Assembly (NCBI GenBank): GCA_963803805.1
Contig: CAWDOD010000004.1
Location: 288,001-352,000, forward strand
Direction of reading: 5' to 3'
Origin: an uncultured cyanobacterium
Lineage (GTDB): Bacteria; Cyanobacteriota; Cyanobacteriia; Cyanobacteriales; CAWCAG01
Length of the DNA stretch: 64,000 nt
The translations under genes and the position numbers were made by a program. Within the stretch, counting starts at the first letter, position 1. Each line of letters begins with the position of its first letter. Below, piece after piece: positions 39,305 through 50,693 of this stretch. Below the pieces are notes generated by a model. The model did no database searches. It was not told where the DNA came from and saw only the letters and a list, made by a program, of their open reading frames with translations.

Positions 39305-39841
39305 ATGACTAATATTTTAATAAATGATGCTAATCCTGAAACTAAGAACTTATTAATGAAATGCTTGGAAACAGGAGGATTTGATGTTATCACTACAGAA
39401 GATGGACTAGTCCGCGTTCAGTTAGCCCAAAAGCAATCTTATACTAACAACCAATTATCAAAAGCAAATCAATTTGTTTTCCCTTCAATACCTCGACTGC
39501 GTGAAGTATTTGAGTTTATTGAGCTAAACTATCACCACAATATTAAGCTCAAAGAAGTTGCTCAAGCAGTGGATTATTCCTCAGCTTATTTAACCGATTT
39601 AGTACGGAAACTCACAGGGAAAACAGTCAACAATTGGATCATTGAACGCCGCATTGCCCAAGCCTGTAGATTACTTTTAGAAACGAACTATTCTGTTTAT
39701 CAAATTTCTTTAGAAGTAGGTTATCAAAATCTCAATCATTTTTATTGTCAGTTTCGTGATCGCCTTAATACTACTCCAAAGGCTTGGAGAGAAGCTTCCC
39801 TTAACTGTAGTCGAAAGAAAGTTAACATCTCGGCGGAGTAA
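39305..39841 (+). CDS. AraC-family regulator with truncated receiver-like N-terminus
   Basis: VFEFIELNY..IKLKEVAQAVDYSSAYLT...ISLEVGYQNLNHFYCQFR...TPKAWR. Confidence 0.88.
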   Translation: MTNILINDANPETKNLLMKCLETGGFDVITTEDGLVRVQLAQKQSYTNNQLSKANQFVFPSIPRLREVFEFIELNYHHNIKLKEVAQAVDYSSAYLTDLVRKLTGKTVNNWIIERRIAQACRLLLETNYSVYQISLEVGYQNLNHFYCQFRDRLNTTPKAWREASLNCSRKKVNISAE

Positions 39842-40272
39842 ATGGAAGTATTTGGAAGAAAATGGGGTAGTGGTGTCAAGGTAATGACATCGCTACAGCA
39901 TAACCCTCTTATGTCAGACTCCTGTTTTTCCTATTATTTGAACTTTCTGGACAAGAGCTATACTAAAGGATACAGAGTTTACTCATCTGATTTTGGTGAT
40001 TTTGCTGTCCACAAGAATTTTTAGTTAGAAAAAAGCTTGCGATCGCATAATATATATAAGCCCCAGAAATCAGAAATGACTTTTGTTTTCGGAAAGTAAC
40101 AGAAGAAAAAATCAGGAATATTGAAGTAATTAACCAGTACAGTTATCAGTAGAATTTTTTATAGTTAGAAGAGCTTTTTTCACTGTGTAGATAATAACTA
40201 ATAGCTATTTTCCTGCTCTCAATTAATTCGCAGCAAGTTGAACATTCATAAAGCAAAAATATTGTTATTTAT

Positions 40273-40608
40273 TTAACCCACAGCAAACTCGGTCAACTGA
40301 CGCATCTTAGGAGTGTTGAAACCAATCACAATATCTTGCTTTGGCACTCCCATCTCCACTAACTCCTGAGCAACATCAACCTCAGTTGTATTTTGCTCAA
40401 TCCAAATCTTCCCCTCCTTAATACTCAAGTGCATCATACAACCATAAACTCTTCTTTGCTGATTCCAACCAATACTAATAATTTGATAGTGGTCGCGCTC
40501 TAAATCAAAAACCTGTTCCACATCAACCTCACCATAACTAGGTTTGTACTGGGAATAAGTTGTTAGTATCTCCTTAATCTTTTCTCGGTAACTTGCTAAC
40601 TTATCCAT
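40273..40608 (-). CDS. xisI: XisI family protein
   Basis: FDLERDHYQ..GW...HLSIKEGKIWIEQNTTE...GVPKQDIVIGF. Confidence 0.92.
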   Translation of the reverse strand: MDKLASYREKIKEILTTYSQYKPSYGEVDVEQVFDLERDHYQIISIGWNQQRRVYGCMMHLSIKEGKIWIEQNTTEVDVAQELVEMGVPKQDIVIGFNTPKMRQLTEFAVG

Positions 40609-41009
40609 GTAGCAATCTCCTCCTTATCTACATCATAAACAACAATCTTTAGCTCGTTTTCTTGAGCAATAATTTGAGTAAAAGCTAACTTAAAAAAATC
40701 GTCATAAACACTCAAAGGAACTGCTAAATATAAAACCCTCTCTGGTTCTTCTAAACGCAATGCTGTGCGGTAATTAATAAATTGTCCCAGGGCTGTATGA
40801 AACTCAGAAATCTTAGAAGCACTAACAAAGTTTTTTACTTCCACAGCTATTTTTTCTGTCCCTTTCTCGGCAGCTAAAAGCTTCTCAACCCCCAAATCTA
40901 TTTGAATATCAACCCCACCACAGCGAATACTCAAAGGGTCATCGGTAATCACCCACCCATCCTTTTCCAAAGCAGAGCGCACAATATCATGGAATAAATC
41001 CCTTGCCAT
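40596..41009 (-). CDS. xisH: XisH family protein (restriction-endonuclease fold)
   Basis: ARDLFHDIVRSALEKDGWVITDDPL...IAVEVKNF..FHTALGQFINY. Confidence 0.93.
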   Translation of the reverse strand: MARDLFHDIVRSALEKDGWVITDDPLSIRCGGVDIQIDLGVEKLLAAEKGTEKIAVEVKNFVSASKISEFHTALGQFINYRTALRLEEPERVLYLAVPLSVYDDFFKLAFTQIIAQENELKIVVYDVDKEEIATWIS

Positions 41010-41056
41010 AGTTTGATTCTATCCCCACAATCAACCTGATAACCTAACAAATTATC

Positions 41057-42091
41057 TCAAAAAGGTTTAGGCTCAACAATCTTCACCTGCAAAGTACCAA
41101 TCACATATTGCCCCTTCAACGCCGCAATAACCTCCTCAATCTTCGCGTAATTCAACACAACAGAACTACCACTCACCGTAATAGCCTGTAAACTATCCCC
41201 TTCAACAGGAGTATTAATCTCCTCTGGAAAATCCACCGCCACAGAGCCAGAAACAAAAGCCACTCCCTTTAAAGACTGCTGTTGTATCTTCAGCAGCTTC
41301 TCCACCGCCTCCTCATCATTAAAACTCAAAGTCTCCAACCTAGTAGTCGCCTCCTTCCCCACAGAAGTAGTCAACTTCTTCACCACCAACTGCTCACCAG
41401 AATGATAAAGCTTCCCTTCCCTACTCAAAAGAATAAACTCATCATTAGCCAAATCCACCACAAAATAATCACCATCCACAGAAGAGCGATCACCTTTCCT
41501 AAAACCCTGTACCTCCGCCCACACATGATGGTTTGCAGCCTTCTCGTTATACATGGTAATAGCAGAATCCCGCAAACCAAGAGACTGTCCCGCCTTCTGC
41601 ACCACACCCCCTTCTAATACCAGGTGCAAATTAAACAGCAGTATTATAATTGCTCCCACCAACACCCAATACTCCGTCACACTCCCCGTCTCCAACCGCC
41701 GTCGGGGATTAGAACCACACACGCACCACACCGGCTCAGGCCAGAACAACTGTACTCCCTTCTTCGTAAAAGTATCACTAAAACAACTAATCAAATGACC
41801 TAACGGCAGCGCCAACAAAAACAGCACCTTCCCCAAAATTAAACCCACCAACAAACTAGGTAAAGCGATCGCCACCGTAGCCAACAAAGAATGAGTAATC
41901 GTTCTATGGGGATACCTATCCTCAATCCAACTACTGAAAGGGAAACAAATCTGACCAATCAAACTAGTACTAGTATCAATATCAGGTAATTGACTACCAA
42001 TAATCGCCAACCCTAGAGGTAAAGGGTTGAAACTGCCTAGAATGAGTGAGACTCCAGTAGCTGCGATCGCAGCGTGAGTTATCGCCATCAT
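41057..42091 (-). CDS. Membrane-bound metal-dependent hydrolase (YdjM-like)
   Basis: TH, GSQLPDIDT, HRTITHS, GHLISCFSDTFTKKGV. Confidence 0.85.
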   Translation of the reverse strand: MMAITHAAIAATGVSLILGSFNPLPLGLAIIGSQLPDIDTSTSLIGQICFPFSSWIEDRYPHRTITHSLLATVAIALPSLLVGLILGKVLFLLALPLGHLISCFSDTFTKKGVQLFWPEPVWCVCGSNPRRRLETGSVTEYWVLVGAIIILLFNLHLVLEGGVVQKAGQSLGLRDSAITMYNEKAANHHVWAEVQGFRKGDRSSVDGDYFVVDLANDEFILLSREGKLYHSGEQLVVKKLTTSVGKEATTRLETLSFNDEEAVEKLLKIQQQSLKGVAFVSGSVAVDFPEEINTPVEGDSLQAITVSGSSVVLNYAKIEEVIAALKGQYVIGTLQVKIVEPKPF

Positions 42092-42134
42092 AAGCAGTTC
42101 TCGGAAATGTTTTTCTCAATACCACCATGCATTT

Positions 42135-43238
42135 CTATTGCCACTGCTTCAAACCATTGTACTCCTTGAGGGCCCGCTCATTACCAGGCTCAATTGCCAA
42201 AGCATTCTCATAGGAAGTCAATGCCTCAGACAGTCTACCTAACTGCTCTAAAGACAAACCACGGTAATACAAAACATCCGCATTCTTGGGGTCTATCTTG
42301 ATAGCCTTATTATACGAAGCTATAGCTTTAGAGTGTTTTCCTGAAGCAGCCAGTGACATACCACGATAGTACCAAGCTTCAAAATAGTTGGGTTCAAGCT
42401 CTAAAGCCCTTTCATGGGAAGCCACAGACTCAGGGTATCTGCGTAGGTAATACAAAGAAACACCTCGATTTTCCCAAACATAAGGAAGATTAGGGTCAAT
42501 TTCCAAAGCTTTATCGTAAGAAGCCACAGCCTCAAAGTATTTGCCTAAATGTTTCAAAGCAATACCGCGATTGTTCCAAGTATCAGGGTCATTAGGGTCA
42601 ATTTCCAAAGCTTTATCGTAAGAAGCCACAGCCTCAGAATCCTTACCTAATCGCTCCAGTACAATACCGCGACTGTTCAAATTAGAAGTATCATTGGGGT
42701 CAATTGCCAAAGCTTTGTTATAGGAAGTTAATGCTTCAGAGTCCTTACCTAATTGTTCCAATAAAATACCACGACTGTTCCAAATAAAAGTATCATTAGG
42801 AGCAATTTCCAAAGCCTTGTCATAGGAAGCTAGTGCCTCAGAAGACTTACCCAACCGGAACAAAGACCAACCATAATAAGACCATAACTTAGCATTTTCA
42901 GGTTCAATCTTCAACGCCTTACTATATGAAGATGCAGCTTCAGAGTAATTACCACAATTCATCTGTGCGGCTGCACGATGAATTAATGCCTCAGTATAAT
43001 TAGGTTTAATCTCCAAAGCCTGGTCATACTTATCCACAGCCTCCTGGTAACGCCCCTTGATACAAAGCTCAACACCCTCATTCACAAGCTGTCCTGCTTC
43101 TTGTCTATCAGAAACAAATCCTCCACAAACCTCAACAAGATCGGCCAAAGAATAATCTTGCTGAACATCTTCAAAAACACAGCCAGATAAAGGGAAAAGG
43201 AGAACTCCCAAGAAGGTGATCCAGTAACAAGATTTCAT
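42135..43238 (-). CDS. TPR-repeat lipoprotein
   Basis: Start placed at ATG 43238 (MKSCYWITFLGVLLFPLSGC, lipobox LSGC); 34-aa repeats of the type WNNRG..L..LGK..EA.ASYDKALEIDP. Confidence 0.85.
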   Translation of the reverse strand: MKSCYWITFLGVLLFPLSGCVFEDVQQDYSLADLVEVCGGFVSDRQEAGQLVNEGVELCIKGRYQEAVDKYDQALEIKPNYTEALIHRAAAQMNCGNYSEAASSYSKALKIEPENAKLWSYYGWSLFRLGKSSEALASYDKALEIAPNDTFIWNSRGILLEQLGKDSEALTSYNKALAIDPNDTSNLNSRGIVLERLGKDSEAVASYDKALEIDPNDPDTWNNRGIALKHLGKYFEAVASYDKALEIDPNLPYVWENRGVSLYYLRRYPESVASHERALELEPNYFEAWYYRGMSLAASGKHSKAIASYNKAIKIDPKNADVLYYRGLSLEQLGRLSEALTSYENALAIEPGNERALKEYNGLKQWQ

Positions 43239-43375
43239 GACAACCCACAAAATAAATATGAAATCAAACTCTACCAACATCCTAACTGCATCAAAGATAC
43301 TAAACTCTCTGAGTAAGCAAAAATTTATGGAAGAGTGCAAATTGCTGACACTATCTCCTTATCTAGGATGAAAAC

Positions 43376-44131
43376 TCACTGTCCTCTCCTCTTTTTTGCT
43401 CCCCTAATCTGTCCCAATTGCTTAAACATCATCGCCAGGATTAGGCTAACACCGCCGAAAATGTAGAGTGATCTATTCCCAGTTCCCATACCGACAAATC
43501 TGACCACACCGAAAGCCATAAATGAGCTAATAATAATTGGGGAAATATCAAGGTACTGGCTATGTTCAGGCTTCGCCTTCTGGTTCAACCCTAAAGCCTC
43601 ATTTCTAATCACCTTCCTCGCTAACATAGGATTTCTCCCAGCCAAAGGTTGTAAAGCTGCTAGCTTCTCCCTACTCAAATCCAAACCTTGTTTAAAGGCT
43701 TCTTGTTTCATCACCTCCCGAATCTTCTTATCTGTGGGTAGGGATAGTTCAAACTCAATCAAATCCAGAAAAATATCTCGTCCTGGGTTAACCACCGCAA
43801 AACAGCAAATCATCACCCCAGCATCAAGTAAATCTTCTAGCCAGTAACGAACGCCAGTAGTCAAACGTTTCGCCTCTGGGAAAATCAACAGAGTTCCACC
43901 CCCACAGTTAATAGCAATCTCTTCTTTCAACGCATCCATCGTCAAAGACTTGGTTCTGCCGTTATCATCCTCAATTTCTGTAGGAATATCTAACTGTTCT
44001 GCGATCGCCTGAAAGAACTTCTTACCAGAGCCTTTATATACTGCCATCGCACAATCCATTTTCGGCTGGAAATGCTCATAAACAGCCTTAGCCAATTCTC
44101 GTTTACCAGTGCCAGCTTCCCCCAGTATCAA
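43376..44131 (-). CDS. P-loop ATPase with C-terminal TM helices (plasmid-type); start uncertain
   Basis: Walker A GEAGTGKRE immediately after the called start, so the true 5' end is upstream or lost. Confidence 0.7.
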   Translation of the reverse strand: MILGEAGTGKRELAKAVYEHFQPKMDCAMAVYKGSGKKFFQAIAEQLDIPTEIEDDNGRTKSLTMDALKEEIAINCGGGTLLIFPEAKRLTTGVRYWLEDLLDAGVMICCFAVVNPGRDIFLDLIEFELSLPTDKKIREVMKQEAFKQGLDLSREKLAALQPLAGRNPMLARKVIRNEALGLNQKAKPEHSQYLDISPIIISSFMAFGVVRFVGMGTGNRSLYIFGGVSLILAMMFKQLGQIRGAKKRRGQ

Positions 44132-44181
44132 AACAGAATGGCCCGACTCAATTGCTTTGAGAATGTTCTCCTCATCCTCCG

Positions 44182-44769
44182 TTAATTCCCGCCTTGGTTC
44201 CTGTACTGGCTGAGTAAATTCTTGGCTATGGATTTCACCTTGGCGGGGTTGTTCTTTGGGCGGGAAATCTCCCTCGCTAGATTTAACTTCTCCTTCAAAT
44301 CAGGAGGTAAATCCTCCTCACTCATCTCATTCGCGATCGCCCGCTTCACCAAATCAGCCATCGCCAACTCACTAGCCTTCAACTCCGCAGCTTCCCTCAT
44401 CAACTGCTCAAAGTTTGGATTAAAACTTTCCGTCTCTGGCTCCAAAGTTTCCAAATCATCATCTTCATCCGTCGTAATATCATGACCTCCTGACTTCACG
44501 ATTTCATTACTACCTTTATCAAGATTGCTATCACCTTCACCTTGGAAAATACTTTTATCAAAACCTTCCATCTTGCCAGTCTTTTTTATATGCTGGTCTA
44601 ACCCCTCCATCAAATCCACCTGCTCAGAAGATAGAAAGCTTGCTTTATTCTTTCTCTTCGGTTTTATCCCCAAGAAATTAATCCTGTCGTAGTAGGCATT
44701 GTTCCTAATACCAAACTTTTCTAGAATTTCGTTTTTGGTATACATCCTGGTTCCTGTAGTCTGAGTCAT
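44182..44769 (-). CDS. Hypothetical protein with HTH-like N-terminus
   Basis: KNEILEKFGIRNNAYYDRINFLGI; GGAGG RBS upstream. Confidence 0.65.
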   Translation of the reverse strand: MTQTTGTRMYTKNEILEKFGIRNNAYYDRINFLGIKPKRKNKASFLSSEQVDLMEGLDQHIKKTGKMEGFDKSIFQGEGDSNLDKGSNEIVKSGGHDITTDEDDDLETLEPETESFNPNFEQLMREAAELKASELAMADLVKRAIANEMSEEDLPPDLKEKLNLAREISRPKNNPAKVKSIAKNLLSQYRNQGGN

Positions 44770-45161
44770 TTTTTTATTCCTCCTACATTACATATTATGT
44801 ATATAGCAAGAAAAAAAAATCTCGCCATAAATTTGGTGAGACTACCAAAATTTTGTAAAGTTCAGTTACAGCAGAATATTTGAGTTTGAGAAATTGAACC
44901 TTACGAATAGCAACGAAATTAATACTTAAAAGCTTGAGACGGGATTCTAGTAAGAGAAAAATAAATGGTTAATAAATGCTTTTTCTTCTTAATATTACTT
45001 AAGCTATTTTAGGGATTTGGTTTTAAGCTTGAGCTTTTACTTCTTGCTGACAAATTAGGGATAAATACTTTTTTACTAAGTTTTGGAAAGGTGAAAGAAT
45101 TAAGACTTCCCACCGTTGCAGGAAGTCGCTATTTCAGTATCAAGTTATGAACTTATTAGGG

Positions 45162-45455
45162 TTACTCAGATAGTACTCCCCTCAAAGGTTCTGGTATCTC
45201 TTCGTAATGCTCTAGCAAGAAGTTAGCTAGGGCCAGGTGATATTTATCGTTAAAACTGGCAGAGCGATCGCTACGAAGGGAAAACCACTTACTCACTGTT
45301 GAATTTGCTTTCCGACAAATCAAAGCCACATCGTCATAAGTAACAGCCCATCTTGAATAGAACTCCTGGGGAGTCATTATCAAATTGCAGGAACTGTAGA
45401 GCAAAATGATTCTTCGCTCCCTGGAACCCAGAGAGCGCTGCTGTTTTTCTGTCAT
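45162..45455 (-). CDS. Helix-turn-helix domain protein (cyanobacterial type)
   Basis: MTPQEFYSRWAVTYDDVALICRKANSTVSKWF; hairpin GCCCGTGCAG...CTGCACGGGC at 45481-45515 upstream. Confidence 0.7.
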   Translation of the reverse strand: MTEKQQRSLGSRERRIILLYSSCNLIMTPQEFYSRWAVTYDDVALICRKANSTVSKWFSLRSDRSASFNDKYHLALANFLLEHYEEIPEPLRGVLSE

Positions 45456-45654
45456 AATCTTAATTAACCTCAAGTGGGTTGCCCGTGCAGTTTGGTTGTC
45501 AGCCCCTGCACGGGCTTTTTAATGTCTTGAAGATAACATAAATACGCTTTTAAAGAAATACGCTTATTTGCAAGTGCAGAAATACTGTAATCTTTAAATA
45601 AGTTTAATTGTAAACACGATGATTATTGCGGTACAAAATCAAAAGGGATGAGTT

Positions 45655-45873
45655 ATGGGAGGGCTGTTAATGGCCAATGAAAAAGCCGAAGTCGAAGCTA
45701 AATCCACTGCTAAGTCAGATGGAGAAGAAAAAAAGCCCAAGGGAAAGATGAAGCGTTTAACTTTGGATATTCCAGAATCTTTGCACCGGGCTATCAAGAT
45801 GAAGTCGGTGGAGGAGGGAGTTCCTATGACAGATATCCTGCGGGGGTTGTTGCAGGAGCATTTTGCTGATTAG
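45655..45873 (+). CDS. Ribbon-helix-helix (CopG/ParG-like) protein
   Basis: MKRLTLDIPESLHRAIKMKSVEEGVPMTDILRGLL. Confidence 0.8.
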   Translation: MGGLLMANEKAEVEAKSTAKSDGEEKKPKGKMKRLTLDIPESLHRAIKMKSVEEGVPMTDILRGLLQEHFAD

Positions 45874-45890
45874 GTGAGGAACTACAAATT

Positions 45891-46429
45891 ATGGATGTCA
45901 TCAGGGCGAGAAGAAAAACCGTTTCCTTCTTTGAAGGGTTAGAGGTAGATGGTTATCAACTACCTAACGGCGAATTCAGGGTCGGTATCATTGGGGCCAG
46001 CACAGTACTTGGTTATGGTAAAAACTGGCTCTCTCGGGCCATAGAAAGGGTGGTAACACAAAAAAAGCTTTGCTAGGTCTAGGTTTCAGCGAAAATCTCC
46101 AAAAAGTGGTAACTGAAACTCTGCGAGGAGACAGGGAGGCTAGAACCCTGGGTTTAAGGGATTTTAATCGTCTTATTGCCTACGCTGTCTCTGACGGTAA
46201 AAAAGCGGCTCTAGCTTTGCAACTAGCTCTAACAGAGGTGGCCCTCAATGACTTTTTTCGGGATGCTTTTGAGGAGCCACCTTTAAGTGTTGTCCAAAAA
46301 CGCCAACTATTCTACGAAGCCTATGCTGCTAGTATTTCTCCAGAGGATTGGCGAAGAATGGATAGAGAAGAGATTTTAAGGTTAGCTTTGGCTGGGGATG
46401 AGCCGCAGTTAGAGGATTGGAACAAGTAA
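45891..46429 (+). pseudogene. Mobile-element-associated hypothetical protein split by a -1 frameshift
   Basis: ORFs 45891-46076 (VDGYQLPNGEFR) and 46070-46429 join near 46048-46067. Confidence 0.65.
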
Positions 46430-46506
46430 AGCTCCCAAAAAAACTACTTTCTAGAATCGCATTTCTATAGACTAATAAGCGAAGGTGTTAACGAGCTTCG
46501 TTTTAT

Positions 46507-46761
46507 TTAAACATCGCTAAACTTCTTGATCATCGCTTTTGCCCTACGACGATTAGCAATATAGCGCCTATTTTGCAATCGCTGTTGAGCTAAAGTATTA
46601 ACTTTTGCGAGAGCTTCAGGATTGTCCTTGAGATACAAAAGCGCAGCTTCAAACTTTTGACTGCGATCGCCCAAACCATTTATCCCTAAAAGGAACGATA
46701 CCAAGAATTTTTCCCGTAAATGCTCCTAGAGTAGCTAAATTATTAGCTAGTTCTAAAGTAC
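46507..46761 (-). pseudogene. Fused remnants of a ParA-like ATPase and its downstream partner
   Basis: TLELANNLATLGAFTGKILGIVPFRDKWFGRSQ (ParA-like) followed out of frame by FEAALLYL...RRYIANRRRAKAMIKKF; cut upstream by the IS end. Confidence 0.5.
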
Positions 46762-47275
46762 GGGAGCATCTCATATTTGTAAAAATATCATCAAGAAAAG
46801 AAGTTATTGAGATAAGCGCAGCGCAAAGAAAGAATACGAGGAACATTATCAATTCTCCACTGTGAACCTGATATTTTAACTCGCATTCCTATTTGTTTAA
46901 TTCCTGATTCTATTGCTCCTGAACCAATAGAACTTATTTGTTCTGTTTGGTAGTAAGTCATAGTTAATGATTCGCTGACGATGAGTTTCTAAATACTTGC
47001 AAAAGTTAATAGCTTTTTTCTTGGTCAAACTTTTAAATAAATCTCTGGTTTCCGATACTTTTCCTAACCAGAGTAGCTCAGTTGCTTCTTTTAGACGTTT
47101 TAAAGAACCTCCTACTTGATAAAGGTTTTCTTTGAGATGATACCAATCTAATATTTCCCTTCTGTTTTGGATATTCCCCATCTCTTCAAACAAGTTCCAA
47201 ATCCCCGGATGACCATCTCCTGTACAGAAAAAGGGGGTGAGCAATTTTTGGCTATTTACCCAGTCTATTAAAGAT
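46762..47275 (-). mobile_element. ISKra4-family IS remnant (3' part of transposase plus one terminal IR)
   Basis: SLIDWVNSQ..GDGHPGIWN..EILDWYHLKENL..., frameshift, IGSGAIESGIKQI..GSQW..LRCAYLN, stop at 46791; end sequence GGGAGCATCTCATATTTGTAAAAATA at 46762. Confidence 0.85.
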
Positions 47276-47740
47276 TTGTATAGTTTAGGCTTAACAATGG
47301 TGTTTTTGTTAACAGGAAAGATTCCCCAAGAATTAGCAATTGATCCTATAACAGGAAAGTTACTTTGGCACAATCATGTTAAACATATTGATCCCAAGTT
47401 GATAGCTATTATAAATCGGGCTATTGAAACCAACTTCTACCATCGCTACAGTGGCGCTCAAGAAATGTTAAATGCTTTCGGGACTATTACTCAAAATACA
47501 CCTACTATTAACTTTCCTCAACCAAGAGTAGCTGATTCTCTTATTGTAGAAAAGCCATCGTTAGTTGATGAGCAAGAGTATAATTCCACTAATACAATCA
47601 CAAAAAAATGGCATAAAGCTGTAATTGTTGCTAGCATAGTCAGTTCATTTTCAGCCTTTCTTTGGTATTTAAGCTATACTTATTTTCCTTCCCAACAACC
47701 AACTGAAACTCAATCTCTTTTAATACCAGATTCTGTTTAG
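47273..47740 (+). pseudogene. C-terminal remnant of a membrane Ser/Thr protein kinase
   Basis: DLYSLGLTMVFLLTGKIP (subdomain IX)...HRYSGAQEML (subdomain XI), then linker and TM helix; the 5' end abuts the IS remnant. Confidence 0.85.
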
Positions 47741-47825
47741 CAGCACAGGTCATCGGTTAGGATAGTTAGCAGGGAAGAGAAAAGAGTTACAGTTTACCTA
47801 ATTAGCTCAAAAAGCAACTATCATT

Positions 47826-48755
47826 TTATAAAACTTGAGCTTTTAACCAAGCACTAGGCAAGTAAAACAGTTTTTTCTGGGTAGGGACAAATGCTCTTTG
47901 GTTAAAAACATCGTAATCATTTTCTTCGATAACATCAAGAATACCTTGATAAAGCATTAAAGCAGCCCAAACAGGCCATCGGGAATCAGAATTAAGGTAA
48001 CTAATTCCTCTTTCTGCGTCAGCGTAATATTTTCTAGCCCTTTGGATTTGAAAGCGCATCAACTTTCGCCAGCGACTATCCACTACACCATTAAATAAGT
48101 CTTCTTCTGTGTAGTTAAATAGAGCTAATTCATCCAAAGGTAAATAAATGCGCTCTCGTTGAGCATCTTCACCAACATCTCGGAGAATATTGGTAAGTTG
48201 ATTAGCAATGCCAAGGGCGATCGCTTCTTCTTGGGGAATATAAGGTTCTATTAAACGATTCCAAGGAGCCGTATTTTGTCCTTCATCAATGCCTAAAACT
48301 GCACTAGACATTAAACCTACTGTCCCAGCAACCCGATAGCAATATAGTTTTAATTCCTCAAAGTTTTCGTAGCGACTACGATAGAGATCCATACGTTGTC
48401 CAGCAATCATATCTCGGAAAGGCTGAATATCGATGGGGAAGCGCTGTAGAGTATCGACTAAAGCAACATCAGGGTCTTCTAAAGGTTGCCCCGCAAATAC
48501 CGATTCAAGTTGTTGCTCCCAAAGTTCTAAAGTTTCTGGAGTCGTGAAACGAGATTCTGGCCCATCTACTAATTCATCGGTACGTCGACACCAAACGTAT
48601 ATGGCCCAAATAGCTCGGCGTTTTTCCGGAGGCATGAGAAGAGTCCCCAAGTAGAACGTCTTAGAGTATTTTGCCGTAATCTGACGACAATATTCGTAAG
48701 CCTCCGAGCGGGAGACTAGGGATCTCTTTGGTTGAGGTTTAGTCAATTGCAGCAT
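47826..48755 (-). CDS. crtB: Phytoene synthase
   Basis: [38 protein letters not shown]. Confidence 0.97.
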   Translation of the reverse strand: MLQLTKPQPKRSLVSRSEAYEYCRQITAKYSKTFYLGTLLMPPEKRRAIWAIYVWCRRTDELVDGPESRFTTPETLELWEQQLESVFAGQPLEDPDVALVDTLQRFPIDIQPFRDMIAGQRMDLYRSRYENFEELKLYCYRVAGTVGLMSSAVLGIDEGQNTAPWNRLIEPYIPQEEAIALGIANQLTNILRDVGEDAQRERIYLPLDELALFNYTEEDLFNGVVDSRWRKLMRFQIQRARKYYADAERGISYLNSDSRWPVWAALMLYQGILDVIEENDYDVFNQRAFVPTQKKLFYLPSAWLKAQVL

Positions 48756-48856
48756 TCATCGCAGGCCAAGATTAGAGCAGTTCGGGACATTTCGTTAGTG
48801 ATTAACCATTAGAATTGTCCCATTGGATTAGCAAATCTGGAAACTAAATAAGTCTT

Positions 48857-50302
<1,446 letters not shown>

Positions 50303-50347
50303 CTATAAATACTGTTATTAACTGTTGTGTGTTGATATGTAAAATTA

Positions 50348-50372
50348 ATTATACTTTGCAATCTGTTACATT
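50348..50372 (-). promoter_or_regulatory. Putative pds promoter: -10 TATAAT with adjacent HLR1 (RpaB)-like direct repeat
   Basis: Plus strand ATTATA at 50348-50353 (TATAAT on minus) and TTTGCAAT-CT-GTTACATT at 50355-50372. Confidence 0.45.
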
Positions 50373-50432
50373 TCACAAAAAATAGCCCCAGGGCGACCTA
50401 ATTTAAACTCTAGTTGCTCAAAATATTGGAGA

Positions 50433-50625
50433 AATGTTTACTACGATCCAGATAATACTTTACCTCACAAACCCCCTGACGGTTTTGCGGCGGTGGGAGT
50501 AACTAAATTTTATGACGGTGAAGATTTACTCTTAAGGGTATGTAATACCAAAACCGGTTTAGTTGCACAGGTTATTTGTGGGGGTAGAAAGAATTAATTA
50601 GGTATCGATCCTGATGACTTAAGAT
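50433..50625 (+). pseudogene. Decayed Uma2-family endonuclease remnant
   Basis: NVYYDPDNTLPHKPPDGFAAVGV and a terminal LGIDPDDL, with the middle missing. Confidence 0.4.
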
Positions 50626-50693
50626 CAACGAGAATTATTGGCTTACTTTGTAATTCATCAACTGCGATCACAGCTAACTAGACAAAACCAACT

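Noticed and set aside
39842-40260. Short ORF 39842-40024 and hydrophobic fragments nearby
   Set aside because: No motif or RBS support; probably decayed sequence.
40273-41009. XisH/XisI as evidence of a heterocyst excision element or as the island's recombinase
   Set aside because: No XisF-like recombinase or interrupted nif/fdxN gene nearby; xisHI pairs are common stand-alone modules in cyanobacteria.
46649-46852. 67-aa ORF as a real gene
   Set aside because: It straddles the ISKra4 end at 46762: the 5' half is an alternative frame of the transposase tail and the 3' half is the parA-like remnant.
46897-47373. 158-aa ORF as an intact transposase
   Set aside because: Its first ~33 codons are the antisense of the kinase remnant, and the transposase is 5'-truncated and frameshifted.
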